64,000 nt of DNA. Source: Trichinella spiralis (lineage: Eukaryota). The notes beneath the pieces were generated by a model, which made no database searches, was not told the DNA's origin, and saw only the letters and a list, made by a program, of their open reading frames with translations. The position numbers and the translations under genes were made by a program. The first letter of the stretch is position 1, and the number at the start of each line of letters is the position of its first letter. Shown here one piece after another: positions 10,929 through 22,930 of this stretch. Location: positions 3,454,706 through 3,518,705 of the forward strand of contig NW_003526944.1 of assembly GCF_000181795.1 (NCBI RefSeq), written 5' to 3'.

Positions 10929-12960
10929 GAAATTACGCTTAAAAAAATTTGAAATTTTAAGCATACTGTAATAAAAAACGAAAGTCAGGAACAAATTTTG
11001 TTTGAAGGAGATACTTCTGTTCGCTCGATTATTTGAACATTGGCAATAAATCTTTGCAAATTCATTTATCTTGCATATTTATTTAATTGTATATTTCATT
11101 TCTTTTCTTTTCAATGGTACTAATATTGCATATTTCTTAGTTCATTGTTTTGTGAAAAATCTCCAAAAAATTTTTTTCGAAACTTCTTCTTCTTCTTTAA
11201 TAGAAATTATTCGAAATGATGAAGAATAGTGCTATGCAGCATCAGCATGAAACTGTCGCGTAGTTTTCGAATAAATGGCTATTTAATTAGCGCACTGCGC
11301 CTATCTTAATACATAGGGAAGCTGCCAATCTCTAACTACCTCAAAACATAACTAGGATGTGTGATTTTCATCGAACGTAACATTTTCCTCTTTTGAGTTT
11401 GGAATGCAATCAAACTACGCTGCTTTTTGCAATATATAACTTGTTTCAGCAATCCATTTTTTCTTCATTTTTATTCTGTTTTGATAAATTTGTTGGATGT
11501 TGTTTCAGAACAAGCAGAAATGGAAATAATTTGCTCAACATACTCATTTCCTATTTACATATCTTTTCATTATGCTTGATATAAATGAATTTTCAACATT
11601 ATCTTCCTTTAACATGGATTAATGCCTGAATGTCATAACGTATTCCTTGCATGTCTCTCTTTGTTCAAAAACTAATCATTTCATTCAATACCATGTAGTA
11701 CATGATATTTATTATTCAATTAGCGTTTTATTCATACCAAACATGTCCCTCTTTGAATTGTATTTCGCTTTTTAACTGTACCTATGTGCCTCATGTGACA
11801 ATGTGGTTTTAATGTGGTAGCTTGCTATGGCACGTGTGTAAAATTGAAATAATAATAATTAAATTAAATAGTTAACACAACTAAATGTCCGCATCCATGA
11901 TATTTTTCTCAACCGCTTGATATTCACTTTAAAGTTCTATGAAAATAATGAAACGTTGATAGGAGTGTGCACGAATTTGTTATTGCATTTGTTATTATTG
12001 ATAGCAGTAGCCCCTGGAATAAATGCTCATAAATTTTGAATAATATGTGATCAATGATTTTTTGAGAAATTTATAAAACAACTGATTTCAAAATTTGACA
12101 TTTATGAAAGGAATAAATGTAATATTGCAACAAATTTGCATTTCCATCTCTTTATTTACTTATTATATTTATTTGTATATATTTATATTTAATATATAAT
12201 ATATTTTATAGTATATTTGTATTTATTGCGTTTATTTATTTAGAAATTATCACTTCAGAAGCGCCATTAATCGAAGAAATTACGTTTGAAAATTTTGAAG
12301 ATTTAAGATGCTGTACATGATAAAGAAAAGTCAGGAAGAAATTTTGATTGATATGATTTTTTCGCTGAAATTTTTAAATGCATTGTAATAAATTTTTTAC
12401 AAAATGCCTTTCCTTGCATTTTTATTTATTGTCTATATATTGTAATTCTTTTGTTTTCTTTTCCACCAATGTTCCATTTTATTTCAAATTTTAAGTCAAT
12501 ATCTCACCAAATACTACACAAGCAATTTTGAGGCAAAATTTGTTGTTGTTTTCTAAATTTTTCCAATTAATTGATATGATTTTGAGAGTAAATCGTTTTA
12601 TGGATCTATTAGTAAATGCCTTGGACTATTTTTGCCTCTGCTGTTTTTTGGCGAACGGTTGAAGCCTTTTTTTCTTAATTTATACTTTTGTTGTTGAGTT
12701 GTTTTTCACATCGTTGAATGATACTGTTATTCAGGGTTTCATGAGAAAATGCCCATTGTTTTTGCAATAAATATGTAGTAAATGTGAGGCATTGTCTATC
12801 TTAATCTATACTATTCTGCTGCTTTCTTGAAACAGAATCAGTATGCGTGATTTTTAGTATATGTAACATCATGGCATTTGAGTAAATTGTGTATTCAAAA
12901 TGAGCAGCGCAGTGCAATATTTTACATGTTTGATCAATCTAATTTTCCTTCTTTAACATT
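10929..12960. repeat. Old direct duplication, ~10929-11470 versus ~12274-12960
   Basis: Shared collinear blocks AGAAATTACG, AAAGTCAGGAAnAAATTTTG, CTTGCATnTTTATTTA, CTATCTTAAT, GTGATTTT, TGCAATAT. Confidence 0.65.
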
Positions 12961-13044
12961 CATGAAGAATACACTTAAAAATAAATTTATCTATATTGTA
13001 TTATATTACATAAAGGACTAATACATACGAAGTAACTTTCATTA

Positions 13045-13576
13045 TTAAAACCTTTAATGCCCAAGGTATCAATTTTGATACATAATGTTTTATGCAGCAT
13101 AGCTATTCACTAAAACGTGCTTGTTAGCCATTCTTGTGTTTACGAGCTCTTGACACTGGTCTTAACAATATTTTATTGCCAATTTTCTTCTCATCTTTGT
13201 AGAGTTTTTATAATGCACCCTACTGTACATGTAGATGAGATGAAAAAACATGAATTTGCATTTTGATGCATAAATTGAGAACTGAGCAGAAATTAAAAAT
13301 AATAATTTTTTAATACTAAACCTTGATGTGAAGATGGTGCTAAAATTGACAGCAGTTTCCAAAGTTTTAAGGTGCTGAGTACAGTTGCTTAGATTACCTG
13401 TATCAATTTTGATCCAATCTGCTTTAACGGAAAATGCACATTATATTTACTCCCCTCAACGCCCTCATAATTGCTTGGATTACGATTATCACTTTCCTCA
13501 GAAAACATAATATGTCTAAAACGCATATTAAAAAAAGACTGTTCCACAGAAAAAAATTTGTGTCTGAAGGGGTTAA
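13045..13576. mobile_element. Possible non-autonomous piggyBac-like relic
   Basis: Right end GAAGGGG-TTAA (13566-13576); degenerate left end TTAAAACCTTTAATGCCC; palindromic GTATCAATTTTGAT at 13066 and 13400. TIR match is poor. Confidence 0.3.
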
Positions 13577-13626
13577 AGAAATGTTCGATTGTAATGTAAT
13601 GTAATGTAATGTAATTACGCTTTTAG

Positions 13627-14197
13627 GATTAACAGTGAATTGATTTTACCTAAGGCAATGTCATATGCTAATTCCGTCGACTTGACCCTGTATAAATTAG
13701 AAGAATTTCATCCTCATGGTTATTTAGTCTTTCAGTGTGTTGAGCAGCAGTCAAGAAGAGCGTTCTGCTCTTCTCTTCAATACTATCTTCAGAAACTGTT
13801 ATTTCATTTCAGACCTTCTATTCTTTTCTGTTCATATATGCTTCACATAAAACAACCTGCTAATCACAAATGCAGTGCGACCAATATTGTGCAAGATGAA
13901 TGTACTGAGAAATCCATCAGAATAATTGGTGAAATCTACTACTGCCCAGTACATTATCCAAAATTTTGTCGAATAGTTTATCCACAGTACCGGTACCAAT
14001 ACTTATGTACAGCCTCATTGAATTCCCCAACAAATCTTCTTTCTAATGGTGAGTTACTGAAACCGAATTACCGTGTTAGTATTAATCACGTAACTTGTGG
14101 AAGTGTTTTAACGGTTTCCAACGTAACTGATGCTTTTTCTGTATGGTTGAACTTTAATTTTTGCACTTCATTAAATTTATTTTATCTTAGCTTGTAG
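13627..14197 (+). CDS. Putative exon(s) of an unidentified Cys-containing protein, or a pseudogene
   Basis: 185-codon open frame in AT-rich DNA preceded by TTTTAG acceptor (13621-13626); paralogous remnant at 9943; a further exon-like segment at ~15244-15298 (VGIVGNAYIDLTKEERQY|gtaagt). Confidence 0.4.
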
Positions 14198-15449
14198 GTC
14201 TTTAATGATATTCCCGCTAAAAACCATCAGATTTCTATTTTTTTACTAACATTCATTCTATGCTTGGATGTAGGAGCAAAATTAATAATTTCCAGTAATG
14301 AGAGTTAAAAAAAGGAATTCATTTCAGAGATTCTTTAGAAATTGTATGTAATAAAATTTCATTTTCCGTTAACTGGTTCTTCCGCTTTTCTTTCAAAGAT
14401 ATCTATTATCCGCCTAAATATATGATGGTAATATAAAATATGACGTAGTATAAAGAATGACAATTTCGATTTTTTTTACAACATACAACAATTACATTTG
14501 TTAATATAACAAATTGAACCAGTAATGCTAATGTACTAATTGAAATTGATGAAATGAATTTCCATACTATTTGCACTGTTCATCAGCTTACATGCCTTTA
14601 AGCAAAAGAACTCTGATTATAACAGACAAATTAATAAAACTACACTTATAATTTATGCTATTACGCTCTCACGCAGCAAAAATAGGTTGCATATCCAAAG
14701 GCAACTTTACTTACTATCATACTATATGGCAGAATGCCGCCTTTGTGGTCACTTATTTAGTTTGACTTCATAATAGAAGGCTCGTAAATTTAATCACACT
14801 CTTGTATATCGTCTATAATTAAAATGTAAGTATTATTCGATAAGGTGCAGATATTCTATGCATGATTTGCCTAATATGACAAATAAATTTGGTTTTTCCG
14901 GTTTATTACTTACATTGAAATATTCCAATTTCCATGTTACTTTTGTTTTTTATAGTAACTGCAGACAAACAAGTATCATATTAATATAGCAATTACTTGA
15001 TCCTTGAAACTACAACCCTTCAGCATTTTCTACATGCTTGAATTCAATTGCATATTATAAACAAGTAAGTGATACAATAAATATATGGTTATGTATTGCG
15101 GATTTGCATGTTTATCATCAGATAAACAAATATGCAGTATCCATGTTGTAAAAGATAACTGAAGACGAATAACAGTGCTTGATAATAATATTAAAATTCA
15201 TAGGATTTGTTTTTAAATTTCTAATTCCTAATTACTTTTCCAGAGTGGGAATTGTTGGAAATGCATACATAGATCTGACAAAGGAAGAAAGACAATATGT
15301 AAGTAGAAGACATTCATTGTTCTATCTATATTTCAGTCATTTCGAAATTTTGAAAACTTTTACTAATACATGACATTCATGGTGAAAAATTAAAAGTGAC
15401 TACTCCACTGCAAGTAAATAATGGCATATATACAGCAACGCTGATATGA

Positions 15450-16371
15450 GAGGTGGGTGACTTGGATGTTTTCATTGTGAAAATTTAATGGAACTCAAAC
15501 TCATGTGAAAAGCCTCTTTTATTGTCAGTGTATCACAGAAGCACTAATCAGAAATAATAGACAATCCGGCGTTCACTAACAACCTAACTGTATCCAGATT
15601 TCTACGGCGATGACACCTCAAGATATAGATGTCATTGAAACGAAGAAGTTGTATTCACGTATTCATTCTCACAGAAAAATGCACCGGTTACTTACAACAC
15701 TATGGCCAAGTAACAAATGCGTTCGCAATCATGCAGTGTTTGGTTGCCGGTTTAATTTTGTCATTGGTCTCAGAAGTTGAAGATACAAAAAAGGCTTACA
15801 AAATGACACTGTTTGAGTTTGACCATTACTAAATCTTCTGATGTTGAAGCCATTCACAACTGTTTTAAAATGATTCGAGAGGTCGGTTTGTTTTTCTAGT
15901 GAACCTTCAAAAGATCTATAGCGCTTTTAAAGCTTTCAACGAGAAACTGATTGCGTATGCTACGCTTAAGAACCAAAAATACGGCCACCTTGACACGCTG
16001 CATCAAACGAGATGCATATCGTGCAATATAATTCAGTTTTGACGTTTTTCATTCTTTACCGCCAATTTTTAGAGACTTTGTAGCATATTATTGAGTGGAA
16101 AGATAGCAGCACTGCCTTTAAAGCAGAGCAATTACCAGTTTCATTATGTTGAGGCATTTTTGTTATTTTGTTGGCGATTCTTAACAAAGTGCATTCTTTA
16201 ACCTTGCTGCTTTGAAAACCTCTACGGAACTCTCGTGTTGATGCATTGCAACGTTGTGAAAAAATGAATTCTGCAAGAATAGTGGTCTAAATTAGAGGAG
16301 TGTTTTTGTGAGATTTGGGAAAGCTGTACGGGGATTTATATCCGCCACTCCCTATAATTTAAACGCCTCTG
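15450..16371 (+). mobile_element. Degraded hAT-superfamily transposase relic (PRKRIR/THAP12/ZMYM1-like)
   Basis: ~15830-16230 translates with stops and a frameshift to TKSSDVEAIHNCFKMIREVGLFF**TFKRS ... TLHQTRC ... YNSVLTFFILYRQFLETL*HIIEWKDSSTAFKAEQL ... FVILLAILNKVHSLTLLL*KPL, matching the hAT region around the 'TRW' motif; hAT-like end ACGCCTCTG at 16363-16371. 5' limit approximate. Confidence 0.75.
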
Positions 16372-17993
16372 TATGTATATTTTACAAATATGAAGGAATA
16401 TAATTATTTCTTTTTACAAAATTTTCAATACACACCTTCGTTTTGATTCCTAATCCATAATTAATTTTCTGCTGATAAAGTGTTGTTCAGCCACAATAGA
16501 TTCCACAAGAAAAGATTTTATCTTGCGCCATACTCAACATCAGTAAGTACTGCTTATCATACCATTTCAAAGCACATTGAAATGTTTATAAGACTGCCAG
16601 GTACCTAAGAATAAGGAAATCAGAGAAAACAGCTAAGAGCAACAATTGTGCAGCTATATTATAAACAATCGACTGCCTGAAGTTATGGGGGAAGACATAA
16701 TAGTGATGGTGGGTTGGGGACGGATTTGGAAGTAGGGAGCTGAAATGGAGTGTAGAGAAGAGGATTTTAGTCAGATTGCAGTTTATAAAGGGATCAGACA
16801 GGCAAGCTGGATAAAAAAACACGTCATAGTGACAGTCAACGGCACGTGAGACAGTAATCTGCACATGATGCAGTAGGCAGAGTTTGTTGGGAAAATAGAT
16901 GCAAAATAGGGAAGCTGTGGAAAGAAAGTGTAGTCGTGGCGGCTTCTGTAAAATTGTATTTGCTAATCATGTAACCTATTTTTTGTTGGGTTAACGCGGG
17001 AATATGAAGCATGGCAGAAAATCATCAGACGCCTCGTTGTGTGCAAATAAGCACAAACGGCAAAAAGCACAAGCGACATAAAAGTATATCAAGAATTCAG
17101 GCATGAATCACAAAGCAATTAATTAAAAGTACATGCAAATCTGCAGGTATTAACCTAACTGATGAAAGTTAACTTGACTGCACTACATCTTCAACCTTGT
17201 CAGTGAAACAAATACAAGTGTCATTTCAAATAAACGACGTAATTCCAACAGACAGTTTCATCTTACACGAGCACAGAATACAAAGCAAAAAATATAAACT
17301 ACATAAAGCAAATAAAATGAGGAAAAGAAAAAGCATCTAATAATAAGAATTTAAAGTATAATTCATAAATGAAATCAGTGAAAAATACTTAATGATAGAA
17401 AATACAGTACTGTACATTATTTGAATTGACAAATTAAGGATAAGAAGGTTACTAAGTAATACTAAGATTTCGAGATTACTAACACTAAGGTTACAAAGTT
17501 TTTACTGTTGAAGACGATAAATTTTTAAATTTTCAGTTGTTAAGCTTCAAATTTCATTTTAAACTGAGCAGGTCGATTACACTAAGCGCAGAGTGCTTTT
17601 TATTATGCAAAGCAGAAAAATACTGTTTTCATACAGAAGTTATTTATTTTTATTATCACTGTACATTGTTTTTGAAACTGAACAACATAAAGACATGAGA
17701 AAAATCAAAATTTGTATATAGTGAATTTTGCTTGTCGGAGGGCGCAACCAATGTGCACACCCATTGTTTATATTATGTTGACATTAGGTTCTAATTCATT
17801 ATTGTGTAGCATATTCAACTTACGTAAGTCGGCTTTTAACGTTGCATGCGCAGTGTCTGACATTTATGCAAATAGGGGCCGTTTGAAAATTGCCTTCATA
17901 ATAGCCATTCACAAGGTATATTGACTTTGTAGACTAACAGCAGCGTTGAACGATATTTGCCAAGTTCATTTGTGCATATGCAANNNNNNNNNN

Positions 17994-18207
17994 GATTGCG
18001 TTGCATATATCCAGATCCTGCGCTGTATTTCTGACATTCCTTGATATAATCATCATCTAGATCAACACCCTTCGGTGCTTTCACGACAGTCATGCAGGCG
18101 TTGTTTTTCATCCATCCCGCGGTTTTGGTAAAAACATCGTGTGGACATTTGAAGATCACACTGTCCACTAAGTAGGCGAGCAGCATAATAGCAATCAGCT
18201 TCTTCAT
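17994..18207 (-). CDS. 5' part of a small secreted Cys-containing protein, truncated by the gap
   Basis: TTTAG acceptor just upstream (exon from 18227); MKKLIAIMLLAYLVDS is signal-peptide-like, then FKCPHDVFTKTAGWMKNNACMTVVKAP...KECQKY; frame runs into Ns at 17993. Confidence 0.6.
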
Positions 18208-18852
18208 TTCGGACATGTCGATAATTTCTAAATGTAAAAGAAAAGAAAATATATTTATTTGTATCGCACAATAAGGAATAATGGAAAATTGGCTAATTTT
18301 ACCGATCACCGTTTCGAACGCACGAATCCAATCGACGTAAATTCGGTCAAATTGAATTGCTCGGTGTAGTTGGTCACTTTGAACTATCAAACACTTTAAA
18401 AATTTTTTCGTTTGTTTAAAGTTGATCAAATGATCTTGAATTGTTTAAACTACAGTAAGTTTATTTTTTCTTCAAATGCAACCTGAATGAATTGGGATAA
18501 ATAAATAGATATAAGTAATTTATGGCCAACAATCATATTTTTTACTGTCAAATATCGAGCAGAATATATTGTAAAGAAAATATTTTTGCATGATTACATA
18601 TTGCGTGTGTGTGTGTGTCTAATTGTGGTATTCAGGTGAGATGTGCAGCTGTGAAAAAGATAAGCGAAAAGCGGTGCAAAGTAAATGACATAGAGATAAG
18701 CAAGCAGTGTGGATGGAAAAATGGCACTTTTGGATTGTGTTGCATCATGTATGCATGCATGCATGCATGCATGGATGGGGTATGCACAACCGGAATGCAC
18801 ATGGATGAAAATTGTACAATTTCATAAAAGTGCCTGTGTTTGGGGTGGAATT

Positions 18853-21800
18853 TCAAACGTAAGCTATTGGGTTGGAACGTGAATGTTGAAGCGGTAGGTG
18901 TGGATTCAGCGGTGAGATGTTGGCAGCGGCTGCGGCGGCGGCTGAGGTGGGGTCGAGGCTCATGTGGCGGCTGACGCGATTTTTCGGTTGGTGGCGTCGC
19001 ATGTGCAAAGCCAAGTGATCACTGCGGGCAAAGCACCGGTCGCAGAGCTTGCATCGGAACGGCTTTGCCCCGGTGTGCTTGCGATAGTGGCGTGTTAGCT
19101 CGTCGGATCGTGCGAAACGCCACTGACAATTTGGCCACTGGCATGTGTACGGTTTTTCTCCTGAAAAAGGAAAAAGCCCTATAGATAGTCATTTTAAACG
19201 AGAGTTTATTCCAAAATTTTATTATTATTTGTAATAATTTTGCATCGGCTCATCTAATATTTTTTTTTGAACAATCTGGTGAAAAGCTTTTTAAAAAACT
19301 GTGGTCTATGGTGTTCATTTATTCATTTGTTTGTTTGTTTGTTGCACCTATAAAACTTTTTTGCTAAATTTGTGTAGATTAGCTAAGTTTTTATTGAAAA
19401 TATCCACCACGCACGAAATAACAACCATTTTTTTCACTGACTCATCAATTGAGAGCATCTACATCTGCATCCACTGTAGAAGATGAGCGCAGTGAATATT
19501 CATTTATTAACTAACTATATTTCTTCATTCAATTAATCATGATGATATTTGTACCATAGAAATTATAGGAATGACTGTGAACAAAGTTTAAATAAATAAA
19601 TAAATAAATATATATTCTTCACAACTGTCGGTCAAAAGGAAAGTGAAGTGGAGAAAGAAATTAAGATTGCATGATCGATGCAGTTGAACTGTTGAATAAT
19701 ACCAATAATAATAATTTACGGTATTTTTACAATAATAACATGCGTTACAACTTTTTCACATTGGGCAGCAGTTTAGATTTTGACGTGAGATTGGTTTGCC
19801 GTTTCACGCTTCAGCGGTTCAAGAAAAGGGCGAGAAGCCGAACTGATTTTGAGCAATTTTTCAAATCACTCGCGCACTCCAGTTGACATTTTTAATTGTC
19901 TTCAAAAGTTTCAATGATAACTGATTTTTAACAACGCGCCTGGCAACTGTTTGTTTGCAACTAACTGGTTGTGCTTTTCCCGTGCATTATCATCATCATT
20001 ATTATTATTACAATTATAATTACAATTATTAAATTGCCATTTCCAACCTATCTTCCGGTATAGTCATTTTTACAAGCAGTTGGCATCACTCTCTGTCTGT
20101 CTGTCTGCTTAAGCTAGTTGCTGCTAACTAGTTAATATTAATTTTTTCTACATTATTCAGTGTGAATATTATAAATAAATGTGCAAGCTTTTTCTAACCT
20201 GTGTGAATTCTTTGATGTGCTTTCAAATGAGAACTTTTCGTGTAGACTTTGTTGCAATCTGAAAAGCAATGCATATTTATGCATATGTGTATCGTAGTAT
20301 TATTAGCAGGTTTTTTCCTCAAATTGTCCAATCAGTCACCTGGATAATCGCAGTAGTGAATTCGTCGCTTTTCCAATTCCGGGTTGCTTCGACGTTTTGA
20401 TTTTGGCGCTTGTGGGCCACGACCATGCCACATTGATGGTGGGAAAAAGATTTTTCGATCCACACCCGGAGGCAGGCATGATAATGGAACCGGATCTTGT
20501 TTGCATGCTTGCATGTCTTGTTTTGCCGGACACTGACTGGAGATCGTTGTTGGCGACGGTTGTTGTTGCTGTTGCTGCTGCTGCTGCTGCTGTTGGGATA
20601 GGATATCTTGAACGGGCACTGTTGTGTGTACAATTAAACCGCCATTCCAGCCTGGCATGGATGTGTTAGCCTCTTTCCAATTGACCAACTGTTGATGATT
20701 ATTTTCGGCTTCTTCCAGTTTTACTTGCACCGGCAATGTTGCGGATGTAGCAGCAGCAGCAGCAGCAGCAGTGGTTGTAGTTGTTGTTGATTGATGAGAC
20801 AACTCGTCGCAGCTTTCCAATTTTACCCTTGACAAACTGCCGGCTGTTTGACTGAGAATACGGCTCAGACCGTTCTTGTCCGAGCTGCCGGCGCCTTTCA
20901 GTTCGGTCAACACGTACGGACAGACGACCATTTCGTTCGACGATGTGGCCATCGGGTTGCCGCAGAGCTGTTCGCTCGACCAAACGGTGGCCGACGGATT
21001 CAGCCACGGCGACCCGAACGTTAAAGCCCCACCGACCGAATTGAACCTGGCGTTAGGGCGTGGTTGATCCGCACTGCGAAAAAATTCTTCCACATGACTG
21101 GCACTTTCTCGGCGTGGTTTTGTCTGTTCGGCTGCCCAGCCGCTCAGATATTCTTTGAATTCTTCTTTCTGAAATTGTAGCACCAAAATACAGGCTTCTA
21201 TTAATGAAGTTCAAGTTTCATCAACTTTAGAGAAATTCACTTTAGATTATCATTTGTCGTGTTTTTTTTATTACTTATTATTATATTTAATCTGCACAAT
21301 AATAGATTATATGTTTTCCGACGTATTTATGTCAACATCAAAAGTTGAAAATAAGCTAATATTTATATTTTTTGATTTGTCCAACAAGGAGAGAAAGCTT
21401 GGGAGAGGGGGGGGGGAAAGCGAAAGGGGGTTTGTGCAGGAATAGCAGCGAAAAGGGTGGATGATGATGAGGATGAATGAGAAGCAAATTCAAGCGCAGT
21501 CAGTAGTAATATTACACAAAATATAATTCTACAGCTTCTTGATGGTATAGTTTTTTTTCAGATAATTTTGATTTAATCGAAATGTGTGTTTAAACAGAGA
21601 AAAGTTGTAAAATGTGTATGTTAAAATTGGGAAAAAAAATCTTCCCAACTCAAATGCGCATCAGAGTTGTAATGCGGCTGTGGTAAAAGCAGCCACCACT
21701 CCTCTAAGTTTGTGGAACTTATTTTTAAAGTCCAACACAGCTAGCTATATAGAACAGGTGTTTTTTCGGCTGCAAGTTGAAATTGTTTAGTATAATTTTC

Positions 21801-22899
21801 ATGAAAAAAAAACAATTCCACTTTCTTCAATGCTATGCTTTTTTCCCTTCCATTATTTCTGATCTCTTTAATCGCCTATGCATAAACTGAAATAAATGTG
21901 TTCCTGTAAATAATAATAATTCATTGAATTGTACAATATGTGACATTTGTGATGTTTTCAGAGATTAAAAAGAAAAAAATATATATATAATTAAGCATCG
22001 TGATTATATAATAGTATCGTGTATTTTTTTTCCGCAAAAATTGGTGACGAAGTATTTTAGCTGTAGATGTAGAAGAGAGTTGTGATGCGAAACTGAGTAC
22101 CGCGTATTTTTTTTCTGCTTGCTGCTGCTGCTGCTGTTCTGCTCAACTCTTCCATTTCATTTCCCTTCTTTTTTTGTATTCTGATTTGATTTTCAGATTT
22201 TAATTTTTTTTCTAAAAATATCTCTCAAGTTTACGTATTTGAGAAAAAAATGGTGTCAAATTAGATAGAAAAAAATTCACTGCAAACTTTCAGGTCAATA
22301 GACACGGAACTCTTCAATCGGCAATGGATTGTGTGAAGTTGTTGTAAAATTGGGAAACTTTTGACAAAATACAAACCACTTCAGTTCAATATTAGAATTT
22401 TGATATTTTATGAAATATTTTACAAATATTCAATACGGGGAAAAAGGGTCTACCCAGAATAGAGGAAAATATCATCTGATCAGTTAGTTCGTTGTGATTA
22501 GGAAAATTTAAAATCACTCTGGAGAATTAATTAATTTTGTTGCAATTCAAGGTAAAAGGTAAAAGGGTCAAGGATTATCATTATCATAATCATTCGTGAG
22601 AAGATTTTTGATTTTTCAAACTTTTAAAATCATATAAAACTTTACGAGAAACAATTGCAAATGAGTTTATTAAACTGTTATTATTATTACAGCACTGCAT
22701 TATAGTACTGCAAATGACCTTTTCTTTTTGACAAATAATCATTTGTAAAAAACAATTTAGCATTGATTCTTTTAAAAAAATTTTCTTTCTTTGTTCTTGT
22801 ATTTGCACTCCAATCTAGAGGGTGGTAAGGGGTAAATTCGAGGGAAGGTTGTAAGAGATATGCTGAAGTACGGGCTGAATTATGCGGGGGCACATACGG

Positions 22900-22930
<31 letters not shown>

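Noticed and set aside
16560..16980. Purine-skewed block with TATAAA, CACGTG and TGACGT motifs as a solo LTR or promoter
   Set aside because: No TG...CA termini with TSD and no second copy found; cannot support a call.
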